Notes: a model not told the origin generated them from the sequence alone. A stretch of 64,000 nucleotides of DNA from an uncultured Gemmatimonadales bacterium (GCA_963748815.1 CAVVKJ010000010.1:352001-416000), one strand, 5' to 3'. Shown: positions 11,484-21,242, numbered from the stretch's first letter. Translations and numbers: made by a program.

Positions 11484-12679
11484 CCGACTCGCTGGCCCGA
11501 CCCACCGAAGGCATCGACTGGACGCTGGAATGCCTGGCCTGCGGCGCGACAAGCACCGCGGAGGGGCTGCCGACCGTCTGCATTTGCGGGCAGCCCTGGC
11601 TGGTGCGCTATCCTGACCGCCGGCCCGGGATCGTGCAGCGCGCCGAGGTGCGCCGACGGCACGGCATGTGGCGATTCCGCGACTTCCTGCCGCTCCGCCC
11701 CTTCGAGGAACCGGTGTCGCTCGGCGAGGGTGACACCCCGCTGATTCGGTTGCGGCGCACTGCCGGGCGGCTCGGTGTGCCGAATCTCTGGCTCAAGGAC
11801 GAAGGCACCAATCCGACCGGGTCCTTCAAGGCTCGCGGGCTGAGCGCCGCCATCACCCGGGCTACGGCGGCCGGCGCCCGCCGCTTCACGCTCCCGACCG
11901 CCGGGAACGCCGGCGTGGCCGCCTCGGCCTACGCCGCGCGCGCCGGGGCCGAAGTGCGGGTCTTTGCACCCGACACGACTCCCGTCACCATCCTCTCCCA
12001 GGTGGAGGCCTTCGGCGGGACACTCGTCCTGCTGGAGGGACACATCGGGGATTGTGGAAAGGCGAGCCGGGCGTGGGCGGCGGAGTCCGGCGCCTTCGAC
12101 CTCTCCACCCTGCGGGAACCCTACCGGATCGAGGGGAAGAAAACCCTCGGTTTGGAGCTCGCGCTGCAGCTGGCGTGGAAGATGCCCGATGTCATCCTGT
12201 ACCCCACCGGGGGCGGCACCGGCCTGATCGGGATGTGGAAGGCCTTTCAAGAGCTGAAGGACCACGGTTGGGTCGAAGGGGATCTCCCACGTTTCTACTC
12301 CGTGCAGTCGACCGGCTGCGCCCCGATCGTCAAGGCGTTCGAAGCGGGCGCTGATCGCGCCGAAGTCTGGGAGGATCCGTGGACCGTCGCGAGCGGATTG
12401 CGCGTCCCGGGCGCCTTGGGTGACCGGCTGATGCTGCGGGCGCTTCGGGAGACGGCGGGCGGGGCAGTCGCCATCGAGGACCCGGTCCTGGTCGAGGCCG
12501 CCCAGACGGTGTCGCGGGAAGAGGGGGTGGACGTCTCCCCCGAGGGTGGAGCGGCGATGGCGGCGCTCGAGGTGCTCGTCGGGCGGGGGCAAATCGACCG
12601 GGGGGAGACAGTGGTGGTATTCAACACCGGAGCGGGGTGGCTCTACCGGAACCCGCAGGAATTGCGGGGCGGGCGCTAG
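11480..12679 (+). CDS. thrC: Threonine synthase-like PLP enzyme
   Basis: N-terminal CxxC..CxCG, SLGEGDTPL, NPTGSFKARG, TAGNAG, PYRIEGKKT, PTGGGTG, NTGAG; ATGA overlap with uvrC. Confidence 0.8.
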   Translation: MTDSLARPTEGIDWTLECLACGATSTAEGLPTVCICGQPWLVRYPDRRPGIVQRAEVRRRHGMWRFRDFLPLRPFEEPVSLGEGDTPLIRLRRTAGRLGVPNLWLKDEGTNPTGSFKARGLSAAITRATAAGARRFTLPTAGNAGVAASAYAARAGAEVRVFAPDTTPVTILSQVEAFGGTLVLLEGHIGDCGKASRAWAAESGAFDLSTLREPYRIEGKKTLGLELALQLAWKMPDVILYPTGGGTGLIGMWKAFQELKDHGWVEGDLPRFYSVQSTGCAPIVKAFEAGADRAEVWEDPWTVASGLRVPGALGDRLMLRALRETAGGAVAIEDPVLVEAAQTVSREEGVDVSPEGGAAMAALEVLVGRGQIDRGETVVVFNTGAGWLYRNPQELRGGR

Positions 12680-12699
12680 GGGGCGATATTTCCAAGTCT

Positions 12700-13989
12700 A
12701 TGCCTGACAGCCGCTTTGCCGTCATCGACCCGTCGTCCGGAATCAGCGGCGACATGCTTCTCGGAGCGCTGGTCGACCTCGGCGCCGGAGAGGACTGGAT
12801 CCGGGGACTTCCGGCGCGACTCGGGTGCCCCGAGGTTCGGGTGGAGGTTTCTCGCGCGGACCGGTCCGGCATCAGCGCTGCGAGAGTGTCGGTGGTGCTG
12901 CCCGATGGCAGCTCCGAGGGTCCAGCGGTTCCGGTGGCCCATACGCACGAGGCGGGGCATCATCATCATGGCCACGACGTGGCGCACGGACATGCGCCGC
13001 ATCGCCATATCGGCGAGTTGCTGGAGCAGATCGACCAGGCCCCCATTTCGCCCTGGGTGAAGGAGCGGGCGCTGGCGGCCTTCCGGCTCCTTGGAGCGGC
13101 CGAGGGCCGTGTGCACGGGATCGGGGCGGATGCCGTCGCGCTGCACGAGGTCGGGGCCCTGGACGCCCTCGTGGACATCGTGGGAGGCATCGAGGGGTTT
13201 GAGCGGCTCGGGATTCGGCAGGTGTACCGTCGGCCGGTCTCGGTCGGGGAGGGGTGGGTCCGGGCGGCGCACGGCGTGCTCTCGGTGCCGGCGCCCGCAA
13301 CGGGAGTGCTCCTGGAAGGAATCGAGATCGGGGCGAATGGCCCCGTTACGGGAGAAGCGACGACGCCGACCGGCGCGGTGCTCCTCCGGGTGCTCACCGA
13401 GGGTCCGCCACCCTCCCGGTGGCGCCCTGGGGCCACTGGATGGGGGGCTGGGGGCCGGAATCCGAAGGGGTACCCGAATGTGCTGCGGGTCCTGGTTGGG
13501 GAACCGGCGGGGGAGGCGGCGGAAGTGGTGGTCACCGCCACCGATCTCGACGACTTCAATCCCGAGTATCTTGAGCCGGTTCGCGCGGCCCTGTTCGCGG
13601 CCGGCGCGCTGGATGTGCAGGTGTGGGGCACGATGGCCAAGAAGGGCCGGGCGAGCCTGCGGATCGAGGTGATCAGCGAGACGGCGGCGGCTGAGGCCAT
13701 GGCGGAGGCGCTTTTCCGGCACACGACCACCGGAGGTGTCCGGCGCTGGACCGCGAGCCGCTCGACGCTGCCGCGCCGCGATTTCGAGGTCATGACGCGG
13801 GAAGGCGCCGCGGTCCGGATCAAGGTGCTCGACGCACCGGGCGGGGCGCGGGTGAAGGCGGAGTATGATGACGTCGTCTCCGCCGCCCTGCAGGCCGGGC
13901 GCACCACTGCGGACGTCGTGCGGGAAGTGCAGCAACAGGCTGAAGCACGGGTGGCGCGCGAGGTCGCGGCCCCCTTGACTGACAACTAA
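12700..13989 (+). CDS. larC: Nickel pincer cofactor Ni-insertion protein LarC
   Basis: SGISGDMLLGAL.DLG, His-rich insert, HEVGALDALVDIVG, AHG..VPAPAT, TPTGA, KKGR, KAEYDD. Confidence 0.9.
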   Translation: MPDSRFAVIDPSSGISGDMLLGALVDLGAGEDWIRGLPARLGCPEVRVEVSRADRSGISAARVSVVLPDGSSEGPAVPVAHTHEAGHHHHGHDVAHGHAPHRHIGELLEQIDQAPISPWVKERALAAFRLLGAAEGRVHGIGADAVALHEVGALDALVDIVGGIEGFERLGIRQVYRRPVSVGEGWVRAAHGVLSVPAPATGVLLEGIEIGANGPVTGEATTPTGAVLLRVLTEGPPPSRWRPGATGWGAGGRNPKGYPNVLRVLVGEPAGEAAEVVVTATDLDDFNPEYLEPVRAALFAAGALDVQVWGTMAKKGRASLRIEVISETAAAEAMAEALFRHTTTGGVRRWTASRSTLPRRDFEVMTREGAAVRIKVLDAPGGARVKAEYDDVVSAALQAGRTTADVVREVQQQAEARVAREVAAPLTDN

Positions 13990-13998
13990 GGAGCAACG

Positions 13999-15417
13999 AT
14001 GCGGAAGGTCCTTGCAGCGCTGGCGGCCGTCGCCCTCTCGGCGACCGGCCTGGTGGCCCAGTCCGGCGATCCGGCGATCAATCTTCGCGTGCAGCGGGCA
14101 CAGCCCCCGACGTGGGTGGTGCCGGACTGTGGCTTCGACAAGGGCAACTACCTCATCGGGAGCGGCGCGACCTACCTGATGAGCGGCCTCCAGACGAGCG
14201 ACAGCGAGAAGAAGGAGCGGCTCTTCACCAACGCCCGCGACGTCGTCATCGAGGGGATCGAAAAGGGGCAGGCCGGGGCGAGCGGCGCCTGGTACTACCT
14301 GGGCCGGGCCTACCTGCAGCTCGGCGACCTGGTCGGCGCGGACTCGGCGCTGACGCGCGCCCAGACGCTGGCGCCGTCGTGCGCCAAGGAAATCCAGTTG
14401 CTCCGGCGGAACACCTGGGTCGCCCTGGTGAATGCGGGCAACACCTTCCTGAAGGACGAGAACAAGGACTCGGCCGAGGTGCTCTTCCGGCAGGCGAACG
14501 AGATCTTCCGGGAGGAGCCGAACTCCTACACCAGCCTCGCGGTGCTCTTCAACTCCGAGGGGCAAGCGGACAGCGCGATCGCCTATTTCCGGCTGGCCGT
14601 GGCGTCGACGGGAGACGACCCGAAGACCGCGGAAGCGCGCGACCTGGCGCAATACAACCTGTCGGCGCTGCTGAGCAACGAGGGCCGCTGGCCCGAGGCG
14701 GTGGTGGCGTGGCAGCAATACCTGAAGTGGAAGCCGGACGACGTTGAAGGGAAGAAGGCGTATGCGCGCGCGCTGCGGGCGGACGGTCAGCCCGACGCGG
14801 CGGCAGAAATCGAGCGCGAGCTGATCAACGAGCAGGGGATGGACACGCCGATCGCCGACCTGATGGCCGCGGGCGTGAACTTCTTCAACGACAAGAACTA
14901 TCCTGAGGCTGCGGCCACCTTCGGGCGCGTCGTCAAGCGGGAGCCGTGGAACCGGGATGCACTCTTCAACATGGGGAACTCCTTCCTCGGCGCGCAGGAC
15001 GGCGCGGGCGTCGTGGAGGCGGGTACCGCGCTCTATGCAATCGAGCCGATGAACGAGAAGAGCGTGCAGCTGCTCGCCAACGGGTACCAGATGCAGAAAG
15101 ACCAGAAGCTGATCGTGAAGTACTACACGGAGCTGGAGGGGATGGCGTTCAACCTCGAGATCGAGCAGCTGCTCCTGCAGGCGGGTGGCGCCAAGGTCAT
15201 CGGCACCGCGACCGGGCGGGCGGCCAAGACCATCGATACCAAGCCGATTGCGCCGCACCCGGTGACGCTGGTCTTCGAGTTCCTGAACGAGAAGATGGGC
15301 GTGGTGGCCACGAGCGAGCGCACCGTACCGGCGCTCGGCGTGGGCGAGAAGTCGGTGGTGGAGGCCGAGGGCCTGGGCACCGGCATCGTGGGGTGGCGGT
15401 ACAGCGTCAAGAAATAG
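13999..15417 (+). CDS. Exported tetratricopeptide-repeat protein
   Basis: AAGGAG SD, signal peptide MRKVLAALAAVALSATGLVA, several TPR-like repeats (AWYYLGRAY, AQYNLS, ALFNMG). Confidence 0.85.
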   Translation: MRKVLAALAAVALSATGLVAQSGDPAINLRVQRAQPPTWVVPDCGFDKGNYLIGSGATYLMSGLQTSDSEKKERLFTNARDVVIEGIEKGQAGASGAWYYLGRAYLQLGDLVGADSALTRAQTLAPSCAKEIQLLRRNTWVALVNAGNTFLKDENKDSAEVLFRQANEIFREEPNSYTSLAVLFNSEGQADSAIAYFRLAVASTGDDPKTAEARDLAQYNLSALLSNEGRWPEAVVAWQQYLKWKPDDVEGKKAYARALRADGQPDAAAEIERELINEQGMDTPIADLMAAGVNFFNDKNYPEAAATFGRVVKREPWNRDALFNMGNSFLGAQDGAGVVEAGTALYAIEPMNEKSVQLLANGYQMQKDQKLIVKYYTELEGMAFNLEIEQLLLQAGGAKVIGTATGRAAKTIDTKPIAPHPVTLVFEFLNEKMGVVATSERTVPALGVGEKSVVEAEGLGTGIVGWRYSVKK

Positions 15418-15422
15418 GTCGA

Positions 15423-15452
15423 TTGACAGGCACCCCGCATGGGGTGATTTTT
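15423..15452 (+). promoter_or_regulatory. TTGACA -35 element upstream of tRNA-Gly, overlapping a hairpin plus T-run (terminator and/or promoter)
   Basis: TTGACA 15423-15428; CACCCC-GCAT-GGGGTG 15431-15446 followed by ATTTTT; -10 is poor. Confidence 0.4.
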
Positions 15453-15460
15453 GGAGAGTC

Positions 15461-15532
<72 letters not shown>

Positions 15533-15546
15533 CTCCGAAACGTCAG

Positions 15547-15584
15547 GCAGCCCCCGTCGAACCATCCGGTTCGGCGGGGGCTGC
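15547..15584 (+). terminator. Strong hairpin downstream of tRNA-Gly
   Basis: GCAGCCCCCGTCGAACC-ATCC-GGTTCGGCGGGGGCTGC; no clear U-tract. Confidence 0.55.
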
Positions 15585-15702
15585 GGCGTTGGGGCCCCCG
15601 CTTGACGCCCGCTTGACGCCCCGACGCGAATCTCCCGTCGCATGGTGAGCCGACCCGTGCCGCTCCGGCACGCCGAGGCTCGCCCAACACGAGGAGGACC
15701 AG

Positions 15703-16830
15703 ATGAAGTCACTGCACCGGGTGCTCGCCCTCGCTGCGCTTGTGCTGGCCGTGGCCTGCGCCGACCAGACCGAGCCGACCGACCCCGTGGCCGCCGACGC
15801 CGGTGGAATGGAGGAACACCTCGGCCGACAGGGCGGGTCCAACGACGTGACGGTCATGACGCAGAACCTCTACGTCGGGGCGGACGTCGACGCCGTCATC
15901 ACCGCCCTCGCCACGCCCGATCCGGACGACGACATTCCCGCCCTCCTGGACGCCGTGGCCACCATCGAGCGTACCGACTTTCCGATCCGGGCCCGTGCCC
16001 TGGCCCGCGAAATCAAGCGCCGGCGCCCCGAAGTGATCGGACTCCAGGAAGTCTCCATCATCGGCGTGGACATTCCTCCGCTCGGCGTGAGTCTGCACCA
16101 GGACTTCCTGCAGATCCTGCAGGCCGCCCTTCAGGCGGAAGGGTTGAACTACGCCGTCGCCGGCAGCTCAACCAACTTCACCGCGGCACCAGCGCCGGGC
16201 ATCAGCCTGACCGACCTCGACGTGATCCTGGTGGACGCCCGCCGGGTGCAGGTGGTCTCCTCCTCCGCGCACACTTTCAGTGCCAACCTCGGCGTCGTGG
16301 CACCGGGGGTGAACCTGCAGCGAGGGTGGGTCACCGTCGAGGCCGTCGTCGGCGGCGTCCGCTACACCTTCGCCAATACCCACACCGAGGGCACCGGGCC
16401 GGAGGAACTCCTCCTCGGGCTGCACCAGATGCAGGTGAGCGAACTGGTCGCGTCCCTCGGGAGCGCCGCGCCGGCCATCGTGATGGGAGACTTCAACACC
16501 ACGCCCGGCACGCCGGCCTACCAGGCGATGCAGGATGGCGGGTTCGTGGACCTCTGGGGCGCCATGCACCCCGGCGCACGGGGTTACACCTGCTGCCACC
16601 TGGCCGACCTCTCCGACGCCATCGCCCCGTTCCAGAAACGGATCGACTACGTGTGGACCCGCGGGCTCGGCGACGTGCGTGGCCGCGAGTCGGTCATGGG
16701 GCAGATCGGCCGGTACGGCGACGTGCCGTCGGACCGCATCCGGAACAGCGCGGGCGACCTGATCTGGCCCTCCGACCACGCGGGCCTGACGGCCAACGTC
16801 CTGCTGCGGCGCGGGGGACGGCACTCCTGA
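15703..16830 (+). CDS. Endonuclease/exonuclease/phosphatase family lipoprotein
   Basis: GGAGG SD; lipobox-like AVAC; TQN, GLQE, NTH, MGDFN, RIDY, SDH catalytic motifs. Confidence 0.85.
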   Translation: MKSLHRVLALAALVLAVACADQTEPTDPVAADAGGMEEHLGRQGGSNDVTVMTQNLYVGADVDAVITALATPDPDDDIPALLDAVATIERTDFPIRARALAREIKRRRPEVIGLQEVSIIGVDIPPLGVSLHQDFLQILQAALQAEGLNYAVAGSSTNFTAAPAPGISLTDLDVILVDARRVQVVSSSAHTFSANLGVVAPGVNLQRGWVTVEAVVGGVRYTFANTHTEGTGPEELLLGLHQMQVSELVASLGSAAPAIVMGDFNTTPGTPAYQAMQDGGFVDLWGAMHPGARGYTCCHLADLSDAIAPFQKRIDYVWTRGLGDVRGRESVMGQIGRYGDVPSDRIRNSAGDLIWPSDHAGLTANVLLRRGGRHS

Positions 16831-16858
16831 GCCTGGGTGTGTGTCTGTCGGAACGAAA

Positions 16859-16892
16859 CGAGCCGCCGGCGTCGCGTGACGCCGGCGGCTCG
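16859..16892. terminator. Hairpin between convergent genes
   Basis: CGAGCCGCCGGCGTC-GCGT-GACGCCGGCGGCTCG perfect 15-bp stem; T-rich tail on the minus strand. Confidence 0.65.
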
Positions 16893-16912
16893 GTCGCGTG
16901 GGCCCGCTCGGG

Positions 16913-17791
16913 TCAGCGCCGGCGGGGCTTGGCCCGCGGCCCGTACACCGGCGAGACGCCGTGGGCCGCGGCGGCCCAGAGCGTCAGGATGGACGTGATG
17001 CCGGCGATGGTCCGCTTCTCCTGCTCGGCGTGGATGACCAGGCCGTAGGTGTCGGCGACGAAGTGCAGGTTGTTCAGCACCCGCCGGGCGGCCTTGGTGT
17101 CGATGTTGCCGTGCCAGAAATCCACCTGCTCGATGATCATCCCCTCGTGCCGGCGCAGAAACTCGCCGAGGGAAAAGACCTTGCGGCTGAGCGGGGTGCG
17201 GCTGCGGCAGAGCACCAGGAGGTCGCCGAGGTAGACATCCCAGAGTTCGGCGAGCTGGCGGTTTTCGACCCGCCTGAGCGCGCGGGCCCGCGCCAGGGAG
17301 AACTGCGCCTTTGACTGGCGCCGGAACCGGGGGACCACGGGGTGCAGGTCGTAGAAGGTGTGGACCGCCGTGTCGTCGAGTTCGTCGTCTTCGTGGTAGA
17401 CCCACATGCGGCGCAGGGTGGGCCAGTCGGCGATGGTCACCACCTTCTTTTCGCGGCTGTCGAGGAGGATGAACTTCCCCTGCTCGACGTTCACGGCCGT
17501 CAGCCAGTGGCTCCACTCGTCGACGCAGAGCAGCACCGGGATGCCGCGCCGGAGGTACCGGGTCAGCTCCGCCTTGGCGTGGGCCTGGTCGTGGCGGCGG
17601 ATCATCTGCACTTCGCAGTCGAACTTGCGCGCCGCCCGGCTGAGCTGGAGCTCGTCCGTGCCGTGCCACCAGTGGCTGCCCGCCAGCTTGCTGATTTCCT
17701 TCTCGTCCCGAAGCACGCCAAGCATCGCCAGCGCGTGTTTCAGCGCGAAGGGGCCGCACTGCCAGATGTTCGGTTGTGGGTATATTCCCAT
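16913..17791 (-). CDS. Stand-alone C39/papain-like cysteine peptidase domain plus uncharacterised C-terminal domain
   Basis: MGIYPQPNIWQCGPFAL (Q..C), WSHWLTA (His), FILLDS (Asp); real start ATG 17791 inside track ORF 16913..18910. Confidence 0.7.
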   Translation of the reverse strand: MGIYPQPNIWQCGPFALKHALAMLGVLRDEKEISKLAGSHWWHGTDELQLSRAARKFDCEVQMIRRHDQAHAKAELTRYLRRGIPVLLCVDEWSHWLTAVNVEQGKFILLDSREKKVVTIADWPTLRRMWVYHEDDELDDTAVHTFYDLHPVVPRFRRQSKAQFSLARARALRRVENRQLAELWDVYLGDLLVLCRSRTPLSRKVFSLGEFLRRHEGMIIEQVDFWHGNIDTKAARRVLNNLHFVADTYGLVIHAEQEKRTIAGITSILTLWAAAAHGVSPVYGPRAKPRRR

Positions 17792-17839
17792 GAAGCGTCC
17801 GGTTCGGAGTCCCGCAAAGGTAAGCAGAATGGGGGAGCG

Positions 17840-18904
17840 ATGGCTACAGCCCGTCAGCGCGGGTCGGTGGTGGTGCTGTACAACAGCGTCAGCGACGAGG
17901 GATACGAGAAGCTGCGCGACGTTGACCCGGACACGCTGGGGTTCAAGCCGGAGTACGACATCGCCGTCTCGACGGTCGCCGAGGAATATGCCGCCATCAT
18001 GGACGGGCTCAAGGAGGCCGGGTTTCAGGCCCGGGAAGTCAACCTCGCCGAAGACATCAAGCCGCTGGAACGGCTGGTCCGCCGCAACCGGCCCGACGCG
18101 GTCTTCAACCTCGTCGAGGGATTCCACGACGACGCCGACCTGGAGCCGGCCATTGCCGGGTTCCTCGACCTCTACCAGATCCCGTATACCGGCGCCCCGC
18201 CGATCGCCCTGGCCAACTGCCGTCGCAAGGGGTTGATGAAACAGCTGCTCCTCTCCAACGGCGTCCCGACCCCCAAGTTCCTGCAGCTCAACAAGCCGAA
18301 GATCGCGGTCCGCCACGGCCTGCATTATCCCCTGATCATCAAGCCCGCCCGCGAGGACGCCAGCGCCGGCGTGGACGAGAAGAGCGTGGTCTACGACCGG
18401 GCGGAACTGCTGGCACAGCTGGAGCGGGTGTTCGACGAATTCGATCCGCCGATCCTGGTCGAGGAGTTCATCGAGGGGCGGGAATTCCACGTCGGCATCC
18501 TCGGCAACGATCCCGGGGAGGTGCTGCCGCCGCTGGAGTACGATTTCTCCGAGTTGCCGGAGGACCAGCCCAGCGTCATCAGCTACGCCGCCAAGTGGGA
18601 CCCCCTCGCCGAGGTGTTCCACCGGGTGGCGGCCCATTGCCCCGCCGACATGAGCAAGCGACTCGCCAAGCGGATCGAGGACGTCGCCCTCCGCGCCTAC
18701 AAGGTCTCGGGGTGCCGGGACTACGCCCGCCTCGATCTCCGCGTGTCGGCGGACAACCACGTCTATGTGCTTGAGGTGAACCCGAATCCCGACCTGACGG
18801 AGGGGGTGTCGTTCATGCACTCCGCCGAGGTGGCAGGGTACACCTTCTCGAAGACGCTGCGGAAAATCGTGGAAATGGCGCTGTCCCGGGCGCTTGCCGC
18901 CTAA
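17840..18904 (+). CDS. ATP-grasp ligase, D-Ala-D-Ala ligase-like
   Basis: VFNLVE, IPYTG, IIKPAREDASAGV, VEEFIEGREF, YARLDLR, LEVNPNP; lacks the GGxSxEH N-terminal motif of true Ddl; GGGGAG SD. Confidence 0.85.
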   Translation: MATARQRGSVVVLYNSVSDEGYEKLRDVDPDTLGFKPEYDIAVSTVAEEYAAIMDGLKEAGFQAREVNLAEDIKPLERLVRRNRPDAVFNLVEGFHDDADLEPAIAGFLDLYQIPYTGAPPIALANCRRKGLMKQLLLSNGVPTPKFLQLNKPKIAVRHGLHYPLIIKPAREDASAGVDEKSVVYDRAELLAQLERVFDEFDPPILVEEFIEGREFHVGILGNDPGEVLPPLEYDFSELPEDQPSVISYAAKWDPLAEVFHRVAAHCPADMSKRLAKRIEDVALRAYKVSGCRDYARLDLRVSADNHVYVLEVNPNPDLTEGVSFMHSAEVAGYTFSKTLRKIVEMALSRALAA

Positions 18905-19067
18905 GCTCATGCGGGCGGTGGGCTTCTATGTGGGGGATTCCCGTGTATATTGGGGCCATTCCAAGTCCGACCATTGGGTGACAGTGGGCTCGTCACCGAA
19001 TTGAAGCCGGCGGTGACGGGCCATTCCGCCATCGCGTTCCGTACTTCCACTCTCGAAGGAGCAGGAT

Positions 19068-19712
19068 ATGCGCAGCTTGAAGGGAACGATGTTTGCGGCC
19101 GTCGCGCTCGTGGCGCTGGCCGGATGCTCGAAGGAGAAGGCCCCCGAAGTAATGCCGGAAGCGGCCGCTCCGGCGCCGGCCGCCGGCCCGACCATGTCGA
19201 GCCCCCCGGCCGCCACCACGACGGGCATGGCCGCCACGCCGGCCGCCCCGGCCTCGGCCACCATGGCCTCCAACATTGCCAGCGGCCCGCTGAGCGAGAG
19301 CACCGCCCAGGCCGGCGACGCCGGCGATTCTTCGTGGGTTGGCCAGATCGACGTGGACGGCGACGGCACCGAGGCCCAGGCCACCTTCCTGTGGGACGAC
19401 GAAGTGAAGGTGCTCTACATCGCCGTCGAGGATGACGAGGCGTGCGCCGGCGGTGGCACCGCCATGGCCAACACCCTGACCGCGCTCTTCGCGACCGGCA
19501 ACGTGGCCGGCGCCCCGGTCGGATCCGGCTGGACCGCCACCTACCTCGACGCCACCGAGTGCGGCGCCGCGGAGCCCATCCTCTGGGGCGAGCGGTTCGA
19601 CGCGAACGGCAACGTGACCGTGGCCGGCGAGGCGATGATCTCCCCGAGCACCGGCGACCTGATGATCACCGTGGCGGAGACCGACTCGGCCGCCGCGGCG
19701 AACGGCATGTAG
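19068..19712 (+). CDS. Hypothetical lipoprotein with Ala/Pro-rich linker and acidic domain
   Basis: AAGGAG SD; lipobox LAGC; AP/T-rich stretch; DVDGDG. Confidence 0.75.
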   Translation: MRSLKGTMFAAVALVALAGCSKEKAPEVMPEAAAPAPAAGPTMSSPPAATTTGMAATPAAPASATMASNIASGPLSESTAQAGDAGDSSWVGQIDVDGDGTEAQATFLWDDEVKVLYIAVEDDEACAGGGTAMANTLTALFATGNVAGAPVGSGWTATYLDATECGAAEPILWGERFDANGNVTVAGEAMISPSTGDLMITVAETDSAAAANGM

Positions 19713-19750
19713 CACGTCAGCGGGCGGCACGTCCGCCGCTGAGGGCTTCC

Positions 19751-19790
19751 GAGCCCCGTCCGGACCTGGTCCGGGCGGGGCTCTGTCCTT
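19751..19790 (+). terminator. Putative intrinsic terminator
   Basis: GAGCCCCGTCCGGAC/GTCCGGGCGGGGCTC stem followed by TGTCCTT. Confidence 0.55.
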
Positions 19791-19964
19791 TCGCGCAACC
19801 TGGAGTTGAGGCCGGTCGAGGGATCGACGGAATGTGGAGAAGCTCACTGGTGTCGCAACCATTACTTGAGGTGCAGAGCCCTAACCCTTGATATTGTAAC
19901 ACGATCCACGCATCTTTGACCGGGGTCCGCATGGGCTCGACCGCTTTGACATCAGGACGTGTGG

Positions 19965-21242
19965 ATGATCCGTGTAAACGCAGTGCAGCCCGAATCGCTG
20001 GGTGAGGAACTCGGGCTGTCGGTCGGGACGGAACTGCTCTCCGTCAATGGGCGCCCGCTCGAGGATTTTCTCGACTGGGAGTTCCTGACCGCCGAGGATG
20101 CGTTTACGCTCCACGTCCGGCAGCCGGACGGCCAGGAAATCGAGTTCGACATTGAGCGCCCGGAAGGACTGCCGATGGGGCTGGGGCTGGAGCCGCCCCG
20201 GATCCGACGCTGCGCCAACCGCTGCGACTTCTGTTTCGTGGACGGCCTGCCGACGGGCCTGCGCGAGACCCTTTACATTCGCGACGACGACTACCGGCTC
20301 TCCTTCCGGTACGGCAATTTCGCCACCCTGACCAACCTGAAGCCGCGCGACGTAGACCGGATCATCGAATACCGGCTCTCGCCGCTCTACGTGTCGGTGC
20401 ATGCCACCGATCCGACCGCCCGGCGGTGGCTACTGCGCAACCCTACCGCACCGGACATCCTCGAGCAGCTGCGCGGCTTCGCGGCGCACGGCATCCAATT
20501 CCATACCCAGATCGTCATGTCGCCGGGGGTCAATGACGGGGAAGTGCTGGAGCGGTCCCTCAACGACCTCTACGCGTTCGGGGATGCGGTGCTGAGCGTG
20601 TCCGTGGTGCCGGTCGGTCTGACGGAGTTCAGCAAGCATCACCTGGTGCGAGAGCCGACCGAGGCGGAGTGCGCGGCCGCCGTCCGGCTGGTGGAGCGGC
20701 ACGCCGCGGTGGCCCGCGCCGAGCGGGGACTGGCCTGGTGCCTGGGCGCGGATGAGCTGTACCTCCGGGCCGGTCTCCCGCTCCCGGGTCCCGAAGCGTA
20801 TGACGACTTCGACCAGGTGGAAAATGGTGTCGGCTCCGTGCGGTACCTGCAGGCGCGGATCCAGGAAGGGGCAGGGGAGCTGGGCCACCTGGCCGGCAAG
20901 CGCATCGGGGTGCTGACCGGCACCTCGATGGGTGCGCTGATGCCGCAGGTGCTGGCGCCACTTACCGAGGCCACTGGCGCCACCTTCGAGCTGATCGTGC
21001 TGGAGAACACGCTCTTCGGGAAGACGGTCACCACCGCCGGGTTGCTGCCGGGCGCGGCCTTCCTGGAGGCGCTCCGGAATCGCGACGACCTCGACCTGGC
21101 GCTGCTCCCCGCGGAGTCCATCAACGACGACCTGCTGTTCATGGACGACCTCGAGGCGCACGACCTCCAGGCGCAGGTGCCGGTCAAGATTCGCTTCTCC
21201 CATCATTTCACGGACGCGCTCGCCGCGCCGGTGCCCGCATGA
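19965..21242 (+). CDS. DUF512 radical SAM-like protein with N-terminal PDZ-like domain
   Basis: CANRCDFCFVD (CX3CX2C), RDDDYRLSF.YGNF.TL, LSPLYVSVH, VVPVGLT, QVENGVG; upstream of der. Confidence 0.88.
   Translation: MIRVNAVQPESLGEELGLSVGTELLSVNGRPLEDFLDWEFLTAEDAFTLHVRQPDGQEIEFDIERPEGLPMGLGLEPPRIRRCANRCDFCFVDGLPTGLRETLYIRDDDYRLSFRYGNFATLTNLKPRDVDRIIEYRLSPLYVSVHATDPTARRWLLRNPTAPDILEQLRGFAAHGIQFHTQIVMSPGVNDGEVLERSLNDLYAFGDAVLSVSVVPVGLTEFSKHHLVREPTEAECAAAVRLVERHAAVARAERGLAWCLGADELYLRAGLPLPGPEAYDDFDQVENGVGSVRYLQARIQEGAGELGHLAGKRIGVLTGTSMGALMPQVLAPLTEATGATFELIVLENTLFGKTVTTAGLLPGAAFLEALRNRDDLDLALLPAESINDDLLFMDDLEAHDLQAQVPVKIRFSHHFTDALAAPVPA

Noticed and set aside
15547..19783. REP-like family from hairpins at 15547 and 19751, which share AGCCCC(C)GTC arms
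   Set aside because: Only two loosely similar copies, both at positions expected for terminators.
15533..19790. tRNA-Gly-anchored genomic island
   Set aside because: No integrase; only a weak resemblance to the tRNA 3' end near 19746, which is better explained as a terminator hairpin.
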